Positions 19,575 through 29,397 of a stretch of 64,000 nucleotides of DNA are shown here, piece after piece. Position numbers and translations under genes: made by a program. Under the pieces are notes generated by a model, which saw only the letters and a list, made by a program, of their open reading frames with translations, was not told the DNA's origin and did not search any database. This stretch comes from a bacterium (GTDB lineage Bacteria; UBA8248): contig OZ244799.1 in assembly GCA_965219955.1 (NCBI GenBank), positions 1,824,001 through 1,888,000 on the forward strand, given 5' to 3'. Position 1 is the stretch's first letter, and each line of letters starts with the position of its first letter.

Positions 19575-20864
19575 ATGACTTCAAGAAAGGGATCTGATTT
19601 CCTCGAAAGGGCCCGCGCTTCCCTCCCGGGCGGCTGGCTCGGGGACCTGACGCTTCCCGATGAGATGATGCTGATCGCCTCTCGCGGCGAAGGAAGCCGC
19701 CTGTATGACGTGGATGGGCGCGGTTACCTCGATTTCACGATGGGCGGGGGGTCCCTGATTCTGGGACACGCGCATCCGGCCATCCTCGAGGCGGTGCGAA
19801 AGCAGATGGAACTCGGTTCGACTTACTATACGCTGAGTGACCGCTCCATCGAGTTGGCCGAGGAGCTTGTGAAGGCGATTCCCTGCGCGGAACTGGTGCG
19901 TTTCGCCTCAACGGGCGGGGAGGCCACGTTCTACGCGCTGCGGCTGGCGCGCGCCTTCACCGGCAAGGAGAAAATCCTGAAATTCGAAGGGAGCTACATC
20001 GGCCACAGCGACTACGGAATGATGAGCGTCTCCCCGCCGCGCCCGAACCTGTATCCGTCTCATCACCCCGATTCTGCCGGGATTCCCGCAGCGGTTCAGG
20101 AGCTGGTGATCACGGCGCCCTTCAACAACGCCGATATCGCCTGCGGGCTGGTGGAAGAGCACGCCGGGGAGCTTGCCGCCGTCATCGTCGAGCCCGTTCA
20201 GCGCTCCATTCCCCCGGCACCGGGTTTTCTGGAGCAGCTTCGACAGGTGACGACCGAGCGCGGGGTGCTGCTCGTATATGATGAGGTGGTGACCGGGTTC
20301 CGGCTGGCCTACGGAGGGGCGCAGGAGTATTTCGGCGTCGTTCCCGATCTGGCGGCTTACGGCAAAGCCGTCGCGTGCGGATTCCCCTTGTCGGCGGTCG
20401 CGGGACGAGCGGACGTGATGGAGCTGGCGGACCCCGCCCGAAAGGGGGAGCCTGGGTACGTCTACATCAGCGGCACGCTCTCGGGTAACCCGGTGTGCGC
20501 CGCGGCGGCGCTCGCCACCCTGGCAGAATTGTCCAGGCCCGGCGTCTACGACGGCTTACGCGAGATGGGGGAGCGATACCGAAGAGAACTTGCGGCGTTG
20601 TTCGACGAATACGGGGTTCCGGCCCGGGTGCAAGGGCTCGGGCCCTTCTTCCAGGTATTCTTCACGCCGAATCCCGTCACGGACTACCGGAGCCAGACGC
20701 AGGCCGACAGGAATCGTTTCGAATCGTTCGTCCGAAAAATGTTCGCGCAGGGGATTTTCATGAGCCGCAGGGCGAAGAACTATCTTTCCACGGCCCACGG
20801 CGAACCGGACCTGGGCGAGTTCCTGGAAGCGGCGCGAGCCGTATGCGCCGGAGGCCTCGACTGA
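19575..20864 (+). CDS. Class III PLP aminotransferase (GSA-aminomutase-like)
   Basis: YDEVVTGFR, PDLAAYGKAVACG, SGTLSGNP. Confidence 0.9.
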   Translation: MTSRKGSDFLERARASLPGGWLGDLTLPDEMMLIASRGEGSRLYDVDGRGYLDFTMGGGSLILGHAHPAILEAVRKQMELGSTYYTLSDRSIELAEELVKAIPCAELVRFASTGGEATFYALRLARAFTGKEKILKFEGSYIGHSDYGMMSVSPPRPNLYPSHHPDSAGIPAAVQELVITAPFNNADIACGLVEEHAGELAAVIVEPVQRSIPPAPGFLEQLRQVTTERGVLLVYDEVVTGFRLAYGGAQEYFGVVPDLAAYGKAVACGFPLSAVAGRADVMELADPARKGEPGYVYISGTLSGNPVCAAAALATLAELSRPGVYDGLREMGERYRRELAALFDEYGVPARVQGLGPFFQVFFTPNPVTDYRSQTQADRNRFESFVRKMFAQGIFMSRRAKNYLSTAHGEPDLGEFLEAARAVCAGGLD

Positions 20865-20866
20865 TC

Positions 20867-22927
20867 ATGAGCGAGAGCCGGACGATTCCAGAGAGCGCCT
20901 CGGCCGACGCCGTCACGGTCTCGGTCATTCAGGAACTCCTCATCTCCGTGGTCCGCGAGATGCGGGTCACTTTTTCGAGAAGCGCCTTCTCGTCGATCAT
21001 CAACGAAGGACACGATTTTTCCTGCGCCCTTCTCTCGCCGGAAGGAGATCTGGTCGCCCAGTCGGAAGATCATCCCGGCCACATCTTCCCGATCTCCTAC
21101 GCCGCCAGAGCGGTTTTCGAGCGCTACGCGGGCGACGTTCATCCGGGCGACGTTTTTCTCCTGAACGACCCCTATATCTGCGGAACCCACATGAACGACA
21201 TGGCGATGTTCTGCCCCCGGTTTTTTGAGGGCCGCGCGCTCGCCTTTCCGGCGCTCCGCGCGCATTGGGGGGACGTCGGCGGCTCGGTGGCCGGCAGTCT
21301 CTCCGGCGACGCCTCCCACATCTTCATGGAGGGGATGATCGTCCCGCCCATCCGGCTCTACTCCCGGGGCGAGTTGAACCAGGAATGCCTGGAGGTCGTT
21401 CTCCGGAACATGCGGGGCCGCGAAGACAGGCACGGCGACCTGATGGCCATGCTCGGCACCTGCCGGCTGGCCCAGCGGCGCCTGGACGAAATCGAGGAGC
21501 GGTACGGACGCGAAACGCTCCAGGCGGTGAACGACAACCTCATAGCCAGGGCGGAGAAACGGATGCGGGCGGCCATCAGCGCGCTGCCGGACGGAACGTT
21601 CCACTACGAGAACTATATCGACAACAGCGGGACGGGCGCCGAGCCGCTCAGAATTTCACTTCGCCTCCAGATTCAGGAAGACCGAATCCACTGTGATTTC
21701 AGCGGGACTTCCGGGCAGGTGAAAGGGCCTACGAATGCGGGCCCCGCCACGGTGGCCACGTCTTGCTTCATGGTGCTCAAATCGCTCCTGGATCCCGCCC
21801 TGAGCGTGAATGCGGGCTGTTTCCGCCCGCTTACGATGGATGCCCCGGAAGGGTCCATTCTCAATGCGGAATTTCCCGCTCCGTTCGGCGGCGCTTCCGA
21901 CGTGCGGCGCACGATTGAATCGTGCGTCCTGGGCGCGGCGGTCCAGGCGATGCCCGACCTTGCGGCGGGCGACACGAAGGGGGCGGCCAACCATTGCTAC
22001 ATCGCTGGCAGCCAACCCGGCTCCGGCGAAGCCTTCCTCTACTATGAATATCCGGCGGGGGGCACGGGCGCTCTCGCGGGAAGCGACGGGGACCACGCCA
22101 TCCGGACCTACACCGAAGGGGATTTTAACGCCGTCCAGCCGGTGGAGAGCCTGGAGGCCACGCTTCCGGTCCTCGTGGAGGAGAGCGGCCTTCGGGTCGG
22201 CTCCTGCGGCCACGGGGAGCGGCGCGGCGGTCTGGGAATGGAGCGGAGGGTCCGCCTGGAGACAGGCGGCGCGGGTCTCACCGTTTTGACGGACCGCGTG
22301 ATCATTCCTCCCTACGGGGTGGACGGCGGGACCTCGGGTGGAGGAAACCGGTTCACGGTGCAGCGGGATGGTTCGGAGGTCGAGCCTTCCGGCGTCCCAG
22401 GAAAAGCCACGGCGTTCCCGCTTCTCGAAGGCGACGCCGTCGTGCTGCGCTCCGCGGGTGGAGGAGGCTGGGGAGACCCCCTGCTCCGCACGCCCGAGGC
22501 GGTGCTGGCGGACCTCCGGCTGGGATACATCACGGTGGAGGATGCGCGGGATATCTATGGCGTGGTCTTGAAGGACGGAGCGCTCGATGCGGCCGCGACC
22601 TCCGCTGCGCGGGAGCAGCTTAGAAATGGAAGGACATATCTCACCATACTCATTGACGAGGAGGACGCCTGCAGCGGCAGCCGGCGGCTTTGCCCGATGT
22701 CTCCCGAGACGGCTGGCGAAGGCGGATTCTCGGAGGGAATGCTCGTGGAGTACGTTCCGGCGCGGGGCGCGCCGCTCAGAGCCTGGGTGAAGATAACGCC
22801 GGGGCCGGCCAAGGGGGAAACTCCCCTCGGACCCGTCGCGGCGAGCATCCTGAAACTGCGGGATAAAGAGCGAATATGGGTCCGGCGGATCCTGACGCCC
22901 TATTCGCACCCCCCGTTGGCCTCGTGA
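20867..22927 (+). CDS. Hydantoinase/5-oxoprolinase subunit B
   Basis: NDPYICGTHMND, HWGDVGG, GGGGWGDP; real ATG at 20867. Confidence 0.9.
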   Translation: MSESRTIPESASADAVTVSVIQELLISVVREMRVTFSRSAFSSIINEGHDFSCALLSPEGDLVAQSEDHPGHIFPISYAARAVFERYAGDVHPGDVFLLNDPYICGTHMNDMAMFCPRFFEGRALAFPALRAHWGDVGGSVAGSLSGDASHIFMEGMIVPPIRLYSRGELNQECLEVVLRNMRGREDRHGDLMAMLGTCRLAQRRLDEIEERYGRETLQAVNDNLIARAEKRMRAAISALPDGTFHYENYIDNSGTGAEPLRISLRLQIQEDRIHCDFSGTSGQVKGPTNAGPATVATSCFMVLKSLLDPALSVNAGCFRPLTMDAPEGSILNAEFPAPFGGASDVRRTIESCVLGAAVQAMPDLAAGDTKGAANHCYIAGSQPGSGEAFLYYEYPAGGTGALAGSDGDHAIRTYTEGDFNAVQPVESLEATLPVLVEESGLRVGSCGHGERRGGLGMERRVRLETGGAGLTVLTDRVIIPPYGVDGGTSGGGNRFTVQRDGSEVEPSGVPGKATAFPLLEGDAVVLRSAGGGGWGDPLLRTPEAVLADLRLGYITVEDARDIYGVVLKDGALDAAATSAAREQLRNGRTYLTILIDEEDACSGSRRLCPMSPETAGEGGFSEGMLVEYVPARGAPLRAWVKITPGPAKGETPLGPVAASILKLRDKERIWVRRILTPYSHPPLAS

Positions 22928-22969
22928 GCGGGCTGACAACCTTACCTCGTCGCCGGGTCAGAGCGAGGA

Positions 22970-23320
22970 GGGGCTGTTGAAAAAGTCCTGTCCAACCTTC
23001 GAGATTGTTCGCCGTAGGGACAGGCCTCCGTGCCTGTCCTGACGAAGGACAACCACGAAGAGCCGGACAGGCACGGAGGCCTGTCCCTACAAAACCATCA
23101 CGTCTGCGCCGCATGAACCTCCTTGCCACCGATCCCGAAACCGGCTTTCTCAACAATCCCTTCTCGCTCGAAATTGACCACCGCCGGAATGACGCTCAAA
23201 GCTGTATTCGCCCGTAGGGGCGGTTCGCGAACCGCCCCTACAATCCCATCATGTCAAACTCTCACTCACCAGTCGGCTCCATGTACCGAATCAGGAAATC
23301 GGGACTTTCTCAACACCCCC
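22970..23320. repeat. Inverted-repeat-bounded REP cassettes
   Basis: GGGGCTGTTGAAAAAGTCC; inverted GTAGGGACAGGCCTCCGTGCCTGTCC pair; GGCTTTCTCAACAATCCC; GTAGGGGCGGTTCGCGAACCGCCCCTAC; GGGACTTTCTCAACACCCCC. Confidence 0.85.
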
Positions 23321-23420
23321 CCGGATCAGGGTTCCATGACACCCTGAACACAATGAATTACAATTCCTCCACACATCGAACCCAGCCCCAAGAGACTCGA
23401 TTTTTCGGGAGGAACCCAGA

Positions 23421-24809
23421 ATGCCTCAGAAAGCCGATTATCTTCTAAGCGGGGGAACCGTCATCACGGTGGATGAAGAGCGCCGCGTTATCCGGGACGG
23501 CGCCGTAGCCATTCGAGGAGACCGGATCGCCGCCGTCGGGAAGGCGGAGGAGTTGAGCCGGGAATTCACCGCCGGGCGCACGATTGACGCCAAGGGGAAG
23601 CTCATCATGCCCGGTTTCGTGAATTCCCACATGCATTTCTACCACACCATGCACCGGGGGCTGGCGCCGGAAAATCTCGGAGGTATGCTGTGGTCCGACT
23701 ACGTTCACAGATACATCGCCACGGTCCTCACGCCCGAGGATGAGATATACGGCGCGCTGACGATTCTCCTGGAAACCTTGAAGGCGGGCACCACCACCTT
23801 TCTCGAGGCGGGCTCCTACAACCCGGCGGCGGTGATCGAGGGAATCTCGCGCATCGGGATGCGCGGCCTGATGGGCAGGCGGTCCTTCGACGAGGAGCTT
23901 CTGGGCCACGGCATGCTCCTGGAGGATACCGAGACGTGCCTGAAGGAAAATCTCGCCTTCCTGGAGAAGTACAAGGACGGCTACAACGGCGGGTTGATCA
24001 AGGCGTGCGTGGACGTCGTCGGGCTCGGCCGCTGCTCGGACAAGCTGTATATCGATTCGAAAAAGATGGCGGATGATTACGGGACCACCCTGAACCTGCA
24101 CCTTGCGGCCATGTTCGAGGAAGTGACGGCCACGCGCATGCGCTATGGCCACCGTCCCGTCGAGCATATGTATCATCTGGACGTGCTCGGGCCGAATACG
24201 GTTCTCGTTCACATGGTTCACGTGAGCGAGCGGGAAATCGACATGCTGGCCGAAAAAGAGGCGCGGGTGATTCACTGTCCCTCGACGGCGCTCAAGATTT
24301 CCTACGGCAACGCGGCGTTCGGAAGATTCCCGGAGATGTTGGACAAGGGCGTCACCGTCGGAATCGGAAGCGACGCTTCGGACTGCTCGAACTATGCCGA
24401 CATGATTCGCGTCATGTACCTGGCCGGCGTGCTGCCCAAGGATTACCGCTACGACCCCGACGCCGGTTCCGCGGAGACGGCCATCGAGATGGCCACCATC
24501 AACGGAGCGCGCGCCATCGGGATGGACCATGAAATCGGTTCGCTCGAGACCGGCAAAAAGGCGGACGTGATCATCATCACCATGAAGCGGCCCGAGTGGT
24601 ACCCGCTCTACAGCGAGGTGCAGAACCTCGTGTATTCCGCCTCGGGCGATTCGGTGGAGACGGTGTTCATCGACGGGAAGGTCATCATGGAAGACCGCCG
24701 GGTGTTGACGGTGAATGAGGAGGAAATCCTGGAGAAGTGCCAGGAATGCGCGGCGGGAATCCTCAAGAGGAGCGGCGTGGAAGTACCGGGCAAATGGCCT
24801 ATCCTGTAA
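23421..24809 (+). CDS. Metal-dependent amidohydrolase/deaminase (MTA/SAH deaminase, AtzA-like)
   Basis: PGFVNSHMH, HCPSTALK, GIGSD, IGSLETGKKAD. Confidence 0.9.
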   Translation: MPQKADYLLSGGTVITVDEERRVIRDGAVAIRGDRIAAVGKAEELSREFTAGRTIDAKGKLIMPGFVNSHMHFYHTMHRGLAPENLGGMLWSDYVHRYIATVLTPEDEIYGALTILLETLKAGTTTFLEAGSYNPAAVIEGISRIGMRGLMGRRSFDEELLGHGMLLEDTETCLKENLAFLEKYKDGYNGGLIKACVDVVGLGRCSDKLYIDSKKMADDYGTTLNLHLAAMFEEVTATRMRYGHRPVEHMYHLDVLGPNTVLVHMVHVSEREIDMLAEKEARVIHCPSTALKISYGNAAFGRFPEMLDKGVTVGIGSDASDCSNYADMIRVMYLAGVLPKDYRYDPDAGSAETAIEMATINGARAIGMDHEIGSLETGKKADVIIITMKRPEWYPLYSEVQNLVYSASGDSVETVFIDGKVIMEDRRVLTVNEEEILEKCQECAAGILKRSGVEVPGKWPIL

Positions 24810-25130
24810 AAAAACCCGCTCGGTCCGGGGAGAAGCGTCAGGAGCGGATCACGAAACCGGAGGGCGAATGAACAAGATTTACGGCGTGAGATGAAGCGCA
24901 TTTCCACACGAATCGAATTTCCGAAAAATTCGATTAATAATTGTCATGAACCCGGTGTCGGCGCGATAGTATGATTGACTCCGTTTGTCTACGATAACTG
25001 GTTGTTTATAATACCATATTTCTTTTATTTCCTACCCGATGCCCCTTGCGCTTCCGCCGCACATATGCTTGGATAGCTCCCAGTTTGATGCCGCGCGTAT
25101 GCGTTTTGATTACAGACTCAGGGAGGCGGG

Positions 25131-26315
25131 ATGCCGAAGCGAAGCGATCTGAAACTCACGAAGCGCACCGTCGACGCTCTGGAGGTGGATTCCAAAGACG
25201 CCGTCTTCTGGGACCGGGAGCTGGCAGGCTTCGGGGTGCGCGTCCACGCCACCGGCCGGAAGACCTACGTGGTGCAGTCCCGGGGACCCGGAGGGCCGAA
25301 GCGCGTGACGCTCGGCCGTCACGGGGAGCTGTCTGCTGATGAGGCCAGGAAACAGGCCGCCCTCATTATCGACCGCATCAAGCGGGGCGAGGAGCCGGTG
25401 GCCGAACCGCCCGAGGCGGAGACCACCGTGGCCGGCCTTGCAGAGCGCTTCATGCGCACCCACGTGGAGAAACACCTGAAACCCGCCAGCATTGCCGCGT
25501 ACCGCACCGTGCTCGAGGGGCACATCCTGCCGGCCCTGGGCGGGATGGGGCTGGACGAGGTCGGCGGGGCGGAAGTCACGGCGCTCCATCACGGCCTTCG
25601 CGATACGCCGGTCCTGGCGAACCGGGCGGTCCACCTGCTCTCGCGCATGTTCGTACTTGCCGAGGCGTGGGAGCTGGTCCCGCCCGGGCGGAACCCCTGC
25701 CTCGCCGTGCGCCGCTACAGGACGCAGGCGCGCGAGCGGTTCCTGACGCCCGAGGAATACCGGCGCCTGGGCCGTGCGCTCGGGCAAGCCGAGGCGGAGG
25801 GTGGTGTATGGCCGCCCGCCGTCGCGGCCATCCGGCTGCTCGCACTTACCGGATGCCGCAGGGGCGAGATACTGAATCTCGGGTGGGACGACGTGGACCG
25901 CACGTCGGGGGACCTCAGACTTCGGGACGCCAAGGCGGGCCCCTGGATGGTCCCCCTGACGAAGCCCGTGCTCAGGGTGCTCGACGCCATCCCCCGCTCC
26001 GGGGAGAACCCATGGGTGATCGCGGGACAAAGACCCGGAAAACCCCTGACGGGCCTGCACCACTACTGGCGGCCCGTCCGGGAGCGGGCGGGGCTTCATG
26101 ACGTACGCATCCACGACCTCAGACACTCCTACGCATCGAGGGCGCTGGCTCTGGGCGAGAGCCTCTACACGATCGGGAAACTCCTCGGGCACACGAGCGT
26201 GGCGACGAGCGCGCGCTACGCGCACCTGATGCGAGACGCCGAGAGGGAGGCGGCGGTACGGGTGGGCGGGAGCATCGGCGCCCACGTCGCGAACGGGAGG
26301 GTTGAGCACGGATGA
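25131..26315 (+). CDS. Tyrosine integrase with N-terminal arm-binding domain
   Basis: WDRELAGFGVRV; TGCRRGE, HDLRH, LGH, RY. Confidence 0.93.
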   Translation: MPKRSDLKLTKRTVDALEVDSKDAVFWDRELAGFGVRVHATGRKTYVVQSRGPGGPKRVTLGRHGELSADEARKQAALIIDRIKRGEEPVAEPPEAETTVAGLAERFMRTHVEKHLKPASIAAYRTVLEGHILPALGGMGLDEVGGAEVTALHHGLRDTPVLANRAVHLLSRMFVLAEAWELVPPGRNPCLAVRRYRTQARERFLTPEEYRRLGRALGQAEAEGGVWPPAVAAIRLLALTGCRRGEILNLGWDDVDRTSGDLRLRDAKAGPWMVPLTKPVLRVLDAIPRSGENPWVIAGQRPGKPLTGLHHYWRPVRERAGLHDVRIHDLRHSYASRALALGESLYTIGKLLGHTSVATSARYAHLMRDAEREAAVRVGGSIGAHVANGRVEHG

Positions 26316-27481
26316 AGCAGCCCGTCATGAAAACGCTATCAAACCGCGCGGTCGGGAAGATCGCGGTGAAGAAGGACACCGTCTTCTGGGACGGGGAGCT
26401 CACGGGCTTCGGGGTCAGGGTCTATCCCACCGGGAGCAAGGTCTACGTCGCCCAGGCGCGGGGTCCCGAGGGTCCCAAACGCGTGGCCGTGGGCCGCCAC
26501 GGGGTGATCAACGCCGATGAGGCGAGAAAGCGCGCCGCCCATGTCATCGCGCGTATCAAGGCGGGCGAGGAGGCAATCCCCAAGCCCATGAAACCCGTGG
26601 GAGGCCCCACGGTGGCCGAGCTGTGCGCGCGCTACATGGAGGAATACGTCTCGGTGCGGTGCAAGCCGGGCACCGCCGCGCTCTACCGCTCGGTGATCGA
26701 CCGCCACGTCCTGCCCGCCCTGGGCAGGGCGCCGCTGGCCGCGCTCTCGCGCGCGCAGGTGGCGGAATTCCACGAGAGCCTTTATGAGACGCCCGCTGTG
26801 GCGAACATGGCGCTCCGCGTCCTCTCCGCGATGTACGAACTCGCACGGAAGTGGGAACTGGTGCCAGACGGATTATCAAACCCCTGCAAGGCCCTTGTGA
26901 AATATCCCGAGCGGAAGCGCGAGCGGTTCCTGACGGATTCGGAGTTCACCCGCCTGGGAGAGGCGCTCGATGAGGCGGAGGCCCGGGGCGGTGTTTCCGT
27001 GTCTGCTGTGGCCGCTATCCGCCTCCTGGCGCTGACGGGGTGCCGCAGGAGCGAGATACTCAAACTACGCCGGGAGGACGTGGCGCTCGAAGCTGCCGAG
27101 CTCAGGCTGCCCGATTCCAAGACGGGCGCGCGGGCGGTCCCGCTCCCGCCGCAGGCGGTCGAGCTTCTAGTGAATCTCCTGAGCGCCCACGACGGCCCCT
27201 GGGTCATCCCGGGCAGGAAGCCGGGGACGCGCTTGAGGAACATCGACGAGGCTTGGCGAATGATAAGGGAGCGCGCGAGCCTGGAAGGCGTAAGGCTGCA
27301 CGACCTGCGCCACTCCTGGGCCTCGCGGGCGCTTGCGCTCGGCGAGGGGCTGCCCGTCATCGGGAAGCTCCTGGGCCACAGCAGGATGGAGACGACGGCG
27401 CGCTACGCGCACCTCGCGCGCGACTCGGCCCAGGAGGCGGCCGGGCGGGTCGCGGAGAGCATCGCCGAAGACATGCTGTAG
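26312..27481 (+). CDS. Tyrosine integrase with arm-binding domain (second of pair)
   Basis: ATGA overlap; TGCRRSE, DSKTG, HDLRH, LGH, RY. Confidence 0.93.
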   Translation: MKQPVMKTLSNRAVGKIAVKKDTVFWDGELTGFGVRVYPTGSKVYVAQARGPEGPKRVAVGRHGVINADEARKRAAHVIARIKAGEEAIPKPMKPVGGPTVAELCARYMEEYVSVRCKPGTAALYRSVIDRHVLPALGRAPLAALSRAQVAEFHESLYETPAVANMALRVLSAMYELARKWELVPDGLSNPCKALVKYPERKRERFLTDSEFTRLGEALDEAEARGGVSVSAVAAIRLLALTGCRRSEILKLRREDVALEAAELRLPDSKTGARAVPLPPQAVELLVNLLSAHDGPWVIPGRKPGTRLRNIDEAWRMIRERASLEGVRLHDLRHSWASRALALGEGLPVIGKLLGHSRMETTARYAHLARDSAQEAAGRVAESIAEDML

Positions 27482-27854
27482 GGTCGCAGCAGGCGTGCCC
27501 CCCGTGCGCATCCCTTCATCGCTGCTCCTTCCCGGGAGCAGGAAAAACCACAAGAATACACGATAAAGGCATGCAGCTGGTTCCATGGAATATGCACAGG
27601 ATATACGACTCCTGTATAATCGGAACAGACGTTCACCGGGAGGTGAGCGGGTTGCCCGCCTCCCCCGGGGGAAACCGCGGGAGAGTGAAAGGGAGGACCC
27701 GGAAAATGAGGCAGCGCGCGAGGGGAGCCCGCCCAGGCTTGCAGCCGGAGGCCGCATCCCGGACAGTCCGTATTCCGTCATCTCTCACCTGTTTCTACCG
27801 CCCCCGAAGTTATTCTTCTCCACGCAACGAGGTTCCGGTCCCGGAGAGGGCGGC

Positions 27855-28858
27855 ATGAAGATCAAGAAGAATTTTTTGAGCCGTATCGCGCGTCGCAAGG
27901 GTGCCGCACAGGCTGAATCGGAAGAGGGGCACGGGATTCCGCCTCCGGCGGCCATCGAGCCGTTCGTTCCGGATGCGACGGGAATCCCGAAGGACAAGGA
28001 GCTTGGTTCGCACCGGGAACTGGAACTGGTCGCTTCCGGGGAGCCTGCGCCAGCCGGTTCGGCGGACGGCGCGGACGCGGTTGACGGCGGTGATGCTCCC
28101 GCCCCGGAGGCATTGTCCGAACTACCTCGTGGAGCAGCGCCGTATGAGGAATATGGCCTCGAACTCGAGTTGCTGAGCGGCACGGAATCAGAAGCGTCGC
28201 CCGAAGAACCGAATCTGTCTCCGGATGGATCGTCTCTCGGAGAAGAAGCCGCCGCCTCAGCGGCAGCCGGTAGCGTCGTGCAGGCGTCTGCGCCCGAGCC
28301 GGTTCACGAAGAAGACGAGAGCGTCTCGCTCGTGTCCGAAAGCGCCGCGGATGCGGTTGCGCCCGAGCCGGAGGTCATACGGGAGAGCGAACCGGAAGCC
28401 GCCGATGACGCCGTTGCCGGGGATGGGAGAGCCTGAGGGCGCCGGTTTTGCAAGATTCGCCGGATGAAGACGAGCCGCCGTTCGCAGACGAAGAAGCCGG
28501 CCCGGAGACAGCCGGAAGCGCCGCGGAAGCTGCTGCGCCTGAACCGGAACTCTCCAGGGAGAGTGAGCCTGCGGGATATGTCACGGGGGAGGTCGGTGAG
28601 CCCCTCGCGGCTCCGGTGACGCAGGACTCGCCGGATGAGTCCTTCAAACCCGCTCCCGCGGAAAACGGTATTTTCCCCCTCGTGCGGGACGCTCGCGGCG
28701 CGTGGCGGCCCGGCAGGGGATTCAGCGGGGGTGAATTGCGCGAAGCGGGCCTGAGCCCCGCCGATTCCCTGCGCCTGCATATCCGCTTCGACAAGCGCCG
28801 CCCCAACGCGCACTCGGTGAACGTCGCAGCCCTCGAACAGGCGAAGAACGGCGTTTGA
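27855..28858 (+). CDS. Acidic low-complexity protein ending in an eL13 (L13e)-like domain; split by a 1-nt frameshift near 28425
   Basis: ATG 27855 with GGAGAGG upstream; E/A/P-rich repeats; C-terminal GRGFSGGELREAGL...IRFDKRR...HSVNV. Confidence 0.7.
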
Positions 28859-29009
28859 GGGCCATGAACCGGCAGTGAAAGGGAGCAACGATGAGCGAAT
28901 CCGTATTGGAATTCAAGAATTGTCACGGCTCCACCAGGTACGACGAGGAGAACAGGACCCTGCACGGCAAGGTTCTCCCTGCGCAGGGGATTTGATTGCA
29001 TGCGAAGCC

Positions 29010-29085
29010 GAAGAGGACGTGGCGCTCGAAGAAGCGGAACTGAGGCTCGCGAGCTCCAAGACGGGCGCGCGTGTCGTCTCGCTCA
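29010..29085 (+). pseudogene. Integrase fragment
   Basis: EEDVALEEAELRLASSKTGARVVSL matches REDVALEAAELRLPDSKTGARAVPL of 26312-27481. Confidence 0.75.
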
Positions 29086-29397
29086 CGGAGCCGAACGAGA
29101 GCCGTCTGCCGATCACCGGTCCCCCGGGGTGTGTCCGATTCTCCGGGTAAGCGGCGGTCCTGGGCATGGGCTTTCATGGTTCAACTCTACGATTTGCAGT
29201 TTGAATTCGAGTGTAATCAGGAGCTCTGTCAGCCGCAGGAGTCAAGGTTTGCAGCATCGCACGTTCCTGGTGGTGCGGATGCGTTCCTGTGGACATACCG
29301 GGCCGTTGCGACAAAGCGCAGAATGCAGATAACATCGACAATCATCCACTCTGGCCTTGGCCGGTTCGTTTGCGTTTATCGGGAAAGGGGAATTTCG

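Noticed and set aside
24810-25130. tRNA or att site at the island's left edge
   Set aside because: No cloverleaf or matching direct repeat seen; only an AATCGAATTT..AAATTCGATT palindrome
29071-29397. N-terminal extension of the TonB receptor
   Set aside because: RBS and signal peptide point to ATG 29398
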